From Candidatus Microgenomatus sp. (GTDB lineage Bacteria; Patescibacteriota; Minisyncoccia; UBA6257; GWB1-50-10): 64,000 bases of DNA. This document shows, piece after piece, positions 9,512 through 17,533 of the stretch. The notes beneath the pieces were generated by a model. That model did not search any database. It saw only the letters and a program-made list of their open reading frames with translations, and was not told the DNA's origin. The stretch covers positions 23,582 to 87,581 of the forward strand of contig DYGI01000002.1 in assembly GCA_020724805.1 (NCBI GenBank), given 5' to 3'. The position numbers and the translations under genes are program-made. The stretch's first letter is position 1. The number at the start of each line of letters is the position of its first letter.

Positions 9512-9539
9512 ATTATACCAAATTATACAAAAAAGTCAA
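9512..9539 (-). promoter_or_regulatory. Sigma70 promoter for the T9SS-CTD gene
   Basis: Minus strand TTGACT-N16-TATAAT, with TGG just upstream of the -10. Confidence 0.65.
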
Positions 9540-9619
9540 ATTTTATGCGGGTTTTGGAGGAAATAATGTTTGTGGATAAGTTTTCATGAGAAGATACCAG
9601 AATTTGGTATACTAGGTTT

Positions 9620-9711
9620 CGAAGAGCAATGAACTTGCCCTTCGCGTGAAGTAAGTGAGGTACTTCGCGCCGCGAGTGAGGGCCGCCTTCGGGCGGCCCT
9701 CGCTGTTTGTT
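9620..9711 (+). ncRNA. Candidate ~90 nt structured small RNA or leader (three tandem hairpins)
   Basis: TGG-TATACT at 9605-9613; stems 9620-9644, 9644-9670 and 9675-9704 (cUUCGg loop), followed by GTTTGTT; no meaningful ORF. Confidence 0.5.
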
Positions 9712-9859
9712 GAAATCGTCGCGTGAAACTCATATTGATTTTTACCTACCTCCCACCTCTACCGTCTCGGCAGTCAAAGAATTTGCGATAGCGAGGTGGT
9801 GCGGTATAATCACCGCAGAAGGTACGTATTCACATCACTTGCCGACATAAGGAGGTCCC

Positions 9860-10186
9860 ATGGCCACGTTCCATTGCTGGGCCGACCGTGCGTCGCTCAC
9901 CGACAGTGAGCTCACGAGTGACGACCGAGCACGGGGAGCGGTCGCCGCTTGCCCCGAGTGTGGAAGGTTATACGACGAACATGGCAGAGAGCTGGGCGCG
10001 CCCGTTTCTGTATCTGTCACGGTACGCGCCTCATCAGCCCTGCCGTTTTCCGCAGAGGAGGAAAAACCGCGCGTCGAGAAAAAACCGCGCGCGAAGAAAA
10101 TGAACGCTGCGGAACGGAAGAAGATGCTTCTTCAGAAGCGCCTGAGGCTCGAGCAGCGGCACAACCCGTATTTTCCTGGGAGATGA
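9860..10186 (+). CDS. Hypothetical protein with CPECG knuckle and basic C-terminus
   Basis: TATAAT at 9805, SD TAAGGAGG, downstream terminator. Confidence 0.6.
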   Translation: MATFHCWADRASLTDSELTSDDRARGAVAACPECGRLYDEHGRELGAPVSVSVTVRASSALPFSAEEEKPRVEKKPRAKKMNAAERKKMLLQKRLRLEQRHNPYFPGR

Positions 10187-10196
10187 TTGCTCATAT

Positions 10197-10240
10197 ACCC
10201 CATCCGTATCCGAAAGGATATAGATGGGGTTTTTCTTTTT
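10197..10240 (+). terminator. Intrinsic terminator
   Basis: ACCCCATC-CG-TATCC-GAAA-GGATA-TA-GATGGGGT followed by TTTTCTTTTT. Confidence 0.8.
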
Positions 10241-10267
10241 GGGGGCGGGGAGGATATGCTGATTCGT

Positions 10268-11500
10268 ATGGACGCGAAAAAACTTTGGAAAAAGATGCCG
10301 GAGACGCCCGGCGTGTACCTCATGCGCGATGCGCGTGGCGTACTCCTTTATATAGGCAAGGCCGCGAACTTGCGCCGAAGGGTGCAAAGCTATTTCACGC
10401 GCCCGCACGATGCGCGCATTTCAAAACTTGTCACGCTCATCAGGAAAATTGACCATAAAAAGACCGAAACAGCGCTTGAGGCGCTCATAGTGGAAGCGGC
10501 GCTCATCAAAAAATTTCAGCCTCCCTACAACGTACAGGAAAAGGACGACACAAGCTTTCTCTACGTTGTTTTTACCAAAGAAAAATTTCCGCGTCTAATA
10601 TTGACCCGCGGCAAGGAGGTACGAAAATCGCGCGGCGACATATTCGGGCCGTTCATCCAAGGGGGGAGCGTGCGCGAGGCGCTCCGCATGCTCCGGCGGA
10701 TTTTCCCGTGGAGCATCCACCCTTCGGCTGAGCTTAGGGCAGGTAAGTGGAAGCGGCCGTGCTTTGAATACGAGCTCGGGCTTTGCCCCGGGACGTGCGT
10801 GGGCGCGGCGGACCCGAAAGAATATGCGGCGAACATCCGCCACCTGAAGCAGCTTTTTCAGGGAAAGAGGAAGGCGATACTTCGCGAACTGGAACGGGCG
10901 ATGAAAGAAGCGGCGAAGCGGGAGGAATTTGAAAAAGCAGCCGTCTATCGGAAGCAGTTATTTGCGTTGAAGCACGTTCAGGATATCGCGCTCATCAAGG
11001 ACAGTGAATTTGCTCTTCCCGGCGTACCGATCAAGGCGTTGCGTATCGAGGGATACGATGTCTCGAACATTTCAGGCACGTCCGCGACTGGCAGTATGGT
11101 GGTGTTCCGGGGCGACCAACCGGCGAAAGACGAATATCGCCTTTTTAAGATTCACTCACTTGATACGCCGAACGACGTGGGGATGCTCCGCGAGATATTG
11201 ACGCGGCGGTTCAAAAACCACTGGCCGTTGCCGGACCTCATTCTGATAGACGGAGGAAAAGGACAGGTGAATGCGGCGCGCGCCGCGATGAAAGACGCAG
11301 GACTTGCGATTCCTATCGTGGGGCTCGCGAAGGGACCAACGCGGAAGCGGACGGATGTGATAGGCCCTTCGACGGGCTCAGGACAGGGGAGATTACCGAA
11401 AGGTGTATCGCTGCGCACGCTCGTGCGCGTACGCGACGAAGCACACCGCTTCGCGAGAAGTTTCCATATTCGTCTGCGCAGTAAACATATATGGAGATAA
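10268..11500 (+). CDS. uvrC: Excinuclease ABC subunit C (short form lacking the C-terminal HhH domain)
   Basis: GIY-YIG (PGVYLM..LLYIGKA.NLRRRV), Cys cluster, UVR domain, RIEGYDVSN, LPDLILIDGGKGQ, RDEAHRFA; start placed at ATG 10268, 7 nt after TATGCT. Confidence 0.93.
   Translation: MDAKKLWKKMPETPGVYLMRDARGVLLYIGKAANLRRRVQSYFTRPHDARISKLVTLIRKIDHKKTETALEALIVEAALIKKFQPPYNVQEKDDTSFLYVVFTKEKFPRLILTRGKEVRKSRGDIFGPFIQGGSVREALRMLRRIFPWSIHPSAELRAGKWKRPCFEYELGLCPGTCVGAADPKEYAANIRHLKQLFQGKRKAILRELERAMKEAAKREEFEKAAVYRKQLFALKHVQDIALIKDSEFALPGVPIKALRIEGYDVSNISGTSATGSMVVFRGDQPAKDEYRLFKIHSLDTPNDVGMLREILTRRFKNHWPLPDLILIDGGKGQVNAARAAMKDAGLAIPIVGLAKGPTRKRTDVIGPSTGSGQGRLPKGVSLRTLVRVRDEAHRFARSFHIRLRSKHIWR
11365..11388. 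repeat. REP-like 24 bp hairpin sequence in frame within uvrC (encodes PSTGSGQG)
   Basis: CCCTTCGACGGGCTCAGGACAGGG; minus strand CCT-GA-G...C-GA-AGG fold with tandem G.A pairs. Confidence 0.55.
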
Positions 11501-11504
11501 CAGC

Positions 11505-11534
11505 TTCAATTTGGGCCATATGGCCCAAATTGAA
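11505..11534. repeat. Perfect 30 bp palindrome between convergent genes
   Basis: TTCAATTTGGGCCATATGGCCCAAATTGAA is its own reverse complement. Confidence 0.9.
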
Positions 11535-11580
11535 ACATGTGGATTGAGCCCTCGGACGCACAACGAAAAACCGCGTATTG

Positions 11581-11952
11581 CTACGCGGCTTCGGAAAGTT
11601 CTTCCGGTCCTGCGGAACGCTCCAAACCGTATTTTTCCTCGGCGCTTCGCGCGGCATCCTTTGCCACGTCGGTGAAATCCTGGAATGCCGCCGAGCAGAA
11701 TTCTATTTCGTCCACAAAGCGCGCAGCAATCTCGCGTGCAAACTCCTCACCTTCCTCGGCCTTCGCGACACCGATTGCGCGGTCGATGAATGCCGCAAGG
11801 TCCTGTTCCACGAGACCTCGCTCGCCGCGGCGGAGTTGTTCCAGATGTTTTTTGGTGAATTCACCAAGAAGCACCGACACGAGCTCTCCCGCTACCTCCT
11901 TCGAGGTTTTCGATTCCGATTCCGGCGCGTGCATTTGCTCCATTCCTTTCAT
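11581..11952 (-). CDS. Hypothetical acidic helical protein
   Basis: Glu/Ala-rich protein-like composition; start placed after the upstream terminator (MKGMEQ). Confidence 0.5.
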   Translation of the reverse strand: MKGMEQMHAPESESKTSKEVAGELVSVLLGEFTKKHLEQLRRGERGLVEQDLAAFIDRAIGVAKAEEGEEFAREIAARFVDEIEFCSAAFQDFTDVAKDAARSAEEKYGLERSAGPEELSEAA

Positions 11953-11977
11953 ATCGCCATTTTCATCCCGCGCGTAT

Positions 11978-12021
11978 AAAAAAACAAGCCCGGTACCACC
12001 ACCCTTGTGGTGGTACCGGGC
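11978..12021 (-). terminator. Intrinsic terminator
   Basis: 15 bp perfect stem GCCCGGTACCACCAC/GTGGTGGTACCGGGC followed by a T-tract on the minus strand. Confidence 0.85.
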
Positions 12022-12030
12022 ACGCACACA

Positions 12031-12312
12031 TCAGCTCCCATAAAGACGGAATATGCGATTCCGTACGCGTCGCAAGCCGTCTGCACCGTCCTCCTGGTAT
12101 GCTTCGCCGCACTCGGTGCAGAGACCCGGAGTGAGTGCGCTTTCCACGCGTGTGGATGTATGTTCGCGGCAGTAGTCCCGTCCGCAGTTCGTGCACGGAG
12201 CGTCACCGAACTGCTTGTCGAACATGTGGTATTTCTTGCCGATCGTGCATCGCGCCGTACCGACCTTCTCGGGCAGTACGACGACGTCTCGGCTCATAGG
12301 AACATTTCTCAT
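12031..12312 (-). CDS. Small Cys/His-rich putative zinc-finger protein
   Basis: CTNCGRDYCREH...CTECG; SD AAGGAGG upstream of ATG 12312; own terminator. Confidence 0.65.
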   Translation of the reverse strand: MRNVPMSRDVVVLPEKVGTARCTIGKKYHMFDKQFGDAPCTNCGRDYCREHTSTRVESALTPGLCTECGEAYQEDGADGLRRVRNRIFRLYGS

Positions 12313-12414
12313 GCACACCTCCTTCAATGAGTGAATAAATACTTCTATTCGGAGAATATCGCGTGCGGCAAGCGTTGTAAAGGCGATGAGCGATAGCGTG
12401 GTATACTAACCCTA

Positions 12415-13098
12415 ATGCCACTCTTTCATACGAGCGAACCGGAAAAAACCGCCGCTATTCAAAATCTTTTTGCGGCCAGTACGCCGAGCCCCGCATTCTT
12501 TTTCATGGTAGTCTGCTCCGTAATCGTTGCGGTGCTTGGCGTCCTTATCAACAACATTCCCATCGTTATCGGAAGCATGTTAATTGCACCGCTTCTTTCT
12601 CCGGTGCTTTCTTTTGCGCTTGGCATTGTGATTGCGGACTTTTCCCTTGTGGCGCGTTCCGGACTCATCATTATGCGCTCCATTGTGTTTGCACTGGTGG
12701 GCGCGATTATCGTTTCGTTTCTTTTTGGCGGTCTTGCATTCCCCGCGCTTCTTCTCGCAACCGCCGAGCCTTCCATCGCCTATCTTGTGGTTTCGTTTGT
12801 GGCGGGTGCCGCGGCATCGTTTGCATTCATTAAAGAGCAGCTTTCGGTGACGCTTCCGGGAATCGCCATTGCGGTAACTCTTATCCCGCCGCTTGCGGTA
12901 ACAGGCATCGCGCTTGCGGGACTTGAAATAGAAATTGTAAGCCGCGCATTTCTTCTTTTTCTTGTTAACATGGCGGGTATCGTGTTTGGAAGTATGGTGG
13001 TGTTTGCGCTCGCGAATTTCCACACCAAAAAAGAATTTGCCGCGCGCGAGGTGAAAAAAGAAGAGAAGCAATTAGAGAAAGAAAACGAAAAGAAATGA
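12415..13098 (+). CDS. DUF389 / TIGR00341-family membrane protein
   Basis: VIGSMLIAPLLSP, LPGIAIAVTLIPPL, LLFLVN motifs. Confidence 0.85.
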   Translation: MPLFHTSEPEKTAAIQNLFAASTPSPAFFFMVVCSVIVAVLGVLINNIPIVIGSMLIAPLLSPVLSFALGIVIADFSLVARSGLIIMRSIVFALVGAIIVSFLFGGLAFPALLLATAEPSIAYLVVSFVAGAAASFAFIKEQLSVTLPGIAIAVTLIPPLAVTGIALAGLEIEIVSRAFLLFLVNMAGIVFGSMVVFALANFHTKKEFAAREVKKEEKQLEKENEKK

Positions 13099-14774
13099 GC
13101 GGTATGCAGGAAGCACTCATTGCCGCGCTTATGGGTGTGGTGAAAGGCGAAGTGGCAGCCGACGAAGCAACGCGTGCGAAATATGCGCGTGATGCGAGTT
13201 TGTTTGAAGTAACCCCTGCGGCTGTTGTGTCGCCGCGCGATGTGGAAGACGTAAAAGCGCTTGTGCGGTACGCGACCGAGCGCGCACAGGCGGGAGAGAA
13301 AATCTCGCTCACCGCGCGGGGCGGCGGAAGCTGTATGAGCGGCGGTCCGCTTACCGAATCGCTCGTGCTCGATTTCACGAAGCACATGAACCGAATTTTC
13401 GAGGTGGGTGACCGCGTGAATGTGACTGGCGGGCCGCCCGAAGGGTACGCGACCGCGGAGCCAGGGTGCTTTTACCGCGATTTCGAGAAAGCGACGCTCG
13501 CCAAAGGCTATCTCATGCCGGCATACCCCGCTTCACGCGAGATGTGCGCCTTGGGTGGCATGGTGGGGAACGATGCCGCAGGGGAGAAGACGTTGAAGTA
13601 CGGCAAGGTACATGACTTTGTGACGAAGTTGAAAGCAGTGCTCGCGGACGGGAACGAATATGAGCTAAAGCCGCTTTCCGCAGCCGAGCTTGCCACAAAA
13701 GAATCACTCGGCACGTTTGAGGGAGAAATATACAAAAAGCTCCACGGGCTTATTGAGACAAACTACGACAAAGTGAAAGCGGCGAAGCCGAATGTCGCGA
13801 AGAACTCCGCCGGGTACAACCTATGGGACGTGTGGGACAGGAAGACGTTCGATATCACCAAGCTTTTTATCGGTTCGCAGGGAACGCTCGGCATCACGAC
13901 CGAAGTTACGTTTCGGCTCATTAAACCCGAAGCTCACTCAGGGATGCTCGTCATTTTTCTTAAAGAGCTCGCGCCCTTAGCCGATATCGTAAACGTCATT
14001 CTCCCTCTGAAGCCCACCAGCGTGGAGTCGTTCGACCGGCATACCTTCCGGCTCGCCCTGAAGCACTTCACCGGTTTTTTCAAACTTTTTGCGAGGAACC
14101 CCTTCTCACTTCTCTTTGCGTTCATCCCCGAAGCGCTCACCGTGCTTTTCAAAGGACTTCCCGCCTTCGTTCTCATGGTGGAGTTCGAGGAAGAGAATCA
14201 AAAGGCCGTTCTTGAAAGGCTCGTTGCTTTGAAACGTGCCCTGCCGCCCTTTCAAGGGACCGTGCGGATACTCCCTTCCGCACGCGCCGCGCGAAAGTTT
14301 TGGATTATCCGGCGGGAAAGTTTCAACCTTCTCCGCCATAAGGTGAAGGGGCTCGGCACCGCGCCCTTCATCGATGATATCGTGGTGCGACCCGAACATC
14401 TTCCGAAATTTCTCCCCGAGCTCTATGCGATACTCGAGCGGTACGGTTTCCTCGCCACCGTGGCGGGGCATGTGGGGGAGGGAAATTTTCATGTGATTCC
14501 CCTCATGAAACTTTCGGACGAAGCGGAACGCGCGAAGATAAAGCCCGCGATGGACGAAGTGTATGCGCTCGTTCTCCGCTATCACGGCTCGATTACCGGC
14601 GAACATAACGACGGATTGGTGCGGAGCCCGTATCTTAAAGACATGTTCGGCGCCGATATTTATGCGCTTTTCGAAGAGGTCAAGCGGATATTCGACCCTC
14701 ACCACATTTTCAACCCGGGAAAGAAAGTTGGTTCGGACATAAACTACGCGCTTCGGCACATGAAGCGGGGATAA
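13095..14774 (+). CDS. FAD-binding oxidoreductase (GlcD / D-lactate dehydrogenase-like)
   Basis: ARGGGS..GG, GGMVGNDAAG, GSQGTLG, GHVGEGNFH, GEHNDG, FDPHHIFNPGK. Confidence 0.9.
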   Translation: MSGMQEALIAALMGVVKGEVAADEATRAKYARDASLFEVTPAAVVSPRDVEDVKALVRYATERAQAGEKISLTARGGGSCMSGGPLTESLVLDFTKHMNRIFEVGDRVNVTGGPPEGYATAEPGCFYRDFEKATLAKGYLMPAYPASREMCALGGMVGNDAAGEKTLKYGKVHDFVTKLKAVLADGNEYELKPLSAAELATKESLGTFEGEIYKKLHGLIETNYDKVKAAKPNVAKNSAGYNLWDVWDRKTFDITKLFIGSQGTLGITTEVTFRLIKPEAHSGMLVIFLKELAPLADIVNVILPLKPTSVESFDRHTFRLALKHFTGFFKLFARNPFSLLFAFIPEALTVLFKGLPAFVLMVEFEEENQKAVLERLVALKRALPPFQGTVRILPSARAARKFWIIRRESFNLLRHKVKGLGTAPFIDDIVVRPEHLPKFLPELYAILERYGFLATVAGHVGEGNFHVIPLMKLSDEAERAKIKPAMDEVYALVLRYHGSITGEHNDGLVRSPYLKDMFGADIYALFEEVKRIFDPHHIFNPGKKVGSDINYALRHMKRG

Positions 14775-14777
14775 ACG

Positions 14778-17471
14778 ATGAGACGTTGGTACGAAGAAAC
14801 CGTTCCCGCCGTATGGGCCCATACGGGGAGCGCAATGACCGGACTCCCGGAAGAAGAGGCCGCACGGCGGCTCCAGGTGGCGGGGCCCAATGTGTTGCCG
14901 GAGCCGCCTTCGCGCGGCCCCGTTTCCATTTTTATCGACCAGTTTCGGAGCCCGCTCATCTATCTCCTTCTCGTGGCGGGCGCCATCCTCGCATTTCTCG
15001 GTGATTTTACCGATGGCGTGATCGTCGGCGGGGTGCTTCTCATTAATGCGATCATAGGCGCGGTCCAGGAGGGGCGTGCGCAAAACACGCTCCGGGCGCT
15101 CCAAAAATTCGTTGAGACGAAAGCCACCGTCGTGCGCGGAGGGCGCGAGAGGGTCATCCCGGACCGGGATGTCGCGCCGGGCGATGTGGTGGTGCTGACC
15201 GAGGGCGAGAAGGTACCCGCAGACCTTCGTGTGGTCGTAGCGCATGACCTTCGTGCGAACGAGTCCGCATTGACCGGCGAATCGGAGCCGGTCCACAAGA
15301 CGGACGCGGCGCTCGCTCCCCGCGCGAAGGATGCCCTGCCGCTCTCCGCGCAGGAAAATATGGTTTTTCGCGGTACCACCATCGTGGGCGGGAACGGCTT
15401 CGGTGTCGCGGTCGCGACCGGGAGCGATACCGAACTCGGGAAAATATCGGAGGCCATTGTGGGGCTCGATACCGAGATTCCTCTCAAGGGAAACCTTCGC
15501 GTGTTGGCGCGCGTGCTTACGGTCGGCACTATAGTGTTCCTCTTTCTTCTGTTTTTGGTCGGTGTGTTCCTCTACGACTATTCATACGTTCATATGTTCA
15601 CGCTCGGCGTGGCGCTCGCGGTTTCCTTCATCCCCGAGGGGTTGCCGGTGGCGCTCACCCTTATCCTCGCGACTGGCGTGTGGCGCATGGCAAAGCAAAA
15701 CGCGCTTGTGAAAAAACTCCATGCGGTCGAGGCGCTTGGCCAAGCCCGTATCATTGCGGTCGACAAAACCGGCACCCTTACGAGAAACGAGCTCCTCGTG
15801 ACCGAGGTGGTATCGTGCGGAACGAAGTTCCGCATTACCGGAGAAGGATATGAGCCGGTGGGTGCGTTCTTTAACGAAAAAAAGGAAGCTGTGGAGCCTC
15901 TGCGCAATCGCGTGCTCATGCCCGCGCTTCATGCCGCGGCGTTCACCGCGACCGCGCGCCTTTCCTACGACGAAGGTTCGAAACAATGGCGAGTGGGAGG
16001 TGACCCCACCGAGGCGGCTCTCCTGGTGCTTGCAGAAAAAGCTGGGCTCCGCGACGCGGCGTGGGAGGCGGCGCACCCGCTCCTCAATGAGGTGCCGTTC
16101 AGTTACATACATAAGTTTCGTGCGGCGGTGCGGAAAGACGACCGGGGCAAGGACGCGCTTTTTGTGATGGGTGCCCCCGAAGCCGTAATGGCGCGCGCAA
16201 AAACTTTTCTTTCCTCGCCGCGGGTCACCGCGCGTTTCACTGCGGGCGAGCGCGAATCGGCGACCGAAACGCTCCACGCGATGCTCCGGCGCGGACTCCG
16301 TGTCCTTGCGTTCGGGTATTCGACAAGGGTTCCGAAAAAACTTTCTACCGAAACTCTGCCGTCGCTTACTTTCGGGGGCTTCATTGGAATGAAGGATGCT
16401 CTTCGGGCTGAGGTACCCGAAGCATTGCGTCGTGCTGAGGCTGCAGGCATGCGGGTGGTGATGGTAACCGGTGACCACAAGCTCACCGCAGAGACCATCG
16501 CGCGCGAGGCGGGGATTTTAAAAAAGAACGGAAAGGTCCTTACCGGCGAGGATATTGAGACGATGACGAGCGAACAAGTAGCGAACGCGCTCGGAGAGAC
16601 GGATGTATTCGCGCGCGTGACTCCAGCACATAAACTTCGGATTATCGAGGCGTTCCGCGCGCGCGGTGAGATCATCGCGATGACAGGTGACGGCGTGAAC
16701 GACGCGCCGCCTTTGGTGGCGGCCGACCTCGGGGTGGCGATGGGACGTTCGGGCACCGAGGTGGCGAAGGAAGCGGCGGACATCGTACTCCTCGACGACA
16801 ACTTCGGGAGCATCGTTTCTGCGGTGGAAGAAGGGAGAAACATTTATCGCACGCTTCGCAAGGTGCTCCAGTATCTCCTCTCGACGAATATGAGCGAGGT
16901 CTTCCTCATCACCTTTGCCATCTTTGCAGGATTCGCACTTCCACTCGTTCCCTCGCAGATCATCTGGCTCAATTTTGTGACCGACACTTTTCTCGTCGCT
17001 GCGCTTGCGATGGAACCGAAGGAACAAGACCTCCTCACGGGGCCCGCCCGGCGCCCGCGGCGCGCGCTCGTAGATGGGCGGATGGCGGCGGAAAGCGTGA
17101 TAATGGGGCTCTTCATGATGGTTGGGACGTTTCTAGTGTTCTTGCGCTATCTCGAGGGTGGGGATCTCATAAAAGCGCAGACTATGGCACTTACCGTGCT
17201 TGCGGCGTTCCAGTGGTTTCGCGCATGGACCATGCGCTCGGACACGCGTTCACTTGCCACCATCCGGCCCGGCACCAATCCGTTCCTCATCGGGGCAACC
17301 GCGCTCGTGGTGGTATTCCAAATCGCCGTGCTCGAGTTTCCATTTCTGAACGAAGTGTTTCATACCACACCGCTCTCTTTACTCGAGTGGGGAATCGCGC
17401 TTCTCGTCGGTCTCACCGTAGTGGGAGCGGATGAAATCCGCCTTTACCTTCGGCGCCGGTTTGCGTGGTAG
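14778..17471 (+). CDS. Cation-transporting P-type ATPase (type IIA, Ca2+-like)
   Basis: LTGES, PEGLP, DKTGTLT, GDPTE, VTGDH, MTGDGVNDAP. Confidence 0.95.
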   Translation: MRRWYEETVPAVWAHTGSAMTGLPEEEAARRLQVAGPNVLPEPPSRGPVSIFIDQFRSPLIYLLLVAGAILAFLGDFTDGVIVGGVLLINAIIGAVQEGRAQNTLRALQKFVETKATVVRGGRERVIPDRDVAPGDVVVLTEGEKVPADLRVVVAHDLRANESALTGESEPVHKTDAALAPRAKDALPLSAQENMVFRGTTIVGGNGFGVAVATGSDTELGKISEAIVGLDTEIPLKGNLRVLARVLTVGTIVFLFLLFLVGVFLYDYSYVHMFTLGVALAVSFIPEGLPVALTLILATGVWRMAKQNALVKKLHAVEALGQARIIAVDKTGTLTRNELLVTEVVSCGTKFRITGEGYEPVGAFFNEKKEAVEPLRNRVLMPALHAAAFTATARLSYDEGSKQWRVGGDPTEAALLVLAEKAGLRDAAWEAAHPLLNEVPFSYIHKFRAAVRKDDRGKDALFVMGAPEAVMARAKTFLSSPRVTARFTAGERESATETLHAMLRRGLRVLAFGYSTRVPKKLSTETLPSLTFGGFIGMKDALRAEVPEALRRAEAAGMRVVMVTGDHKLTAETIAREAGILKKNGKVLTGEDIETMTSEQVANALGETDVFARVTPAHKLRIIEAFRARGEIIAMTGDGVNDAPPLVAADLGVAMGRSGTEVAKEAADIVLLDDNFGSIVSAVEEGRNIYRTLRKVLQYLLSTNMSEVFLITFAIFAGFALPLVPSQIIWLNFVTDTFLVAALAMEPKEQDLLTGPARRPRRALVDGRMAAESVIMGLFMMVGTFLVFLRYLEGGDLIKAQTMALTVLAAFQWFRAWTMRSDTRSLATIRPGTNPFLIGATALVVVFQIAVLEFPFLNEVFHTTPLSLLEWGIALLVGLTVVGADEIRLYLRRRFAW

Positions 17472-17533
17472 CGGTCTTATGTTGCGCGCGGGGGAAAATT
17501 TGAGTACCCTAAAAGGCGTCATAATTGCTCAGT

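Noticed and set aside
14106-15296. Long antisense ORFs (e.g. 14106-15296, 33821-34993, 38029-39219, 50210-51178, 51429-52355)
   Set aside because: Shadows of well-supported + strand genes in moderately GC-rich DNA, with no motifs.
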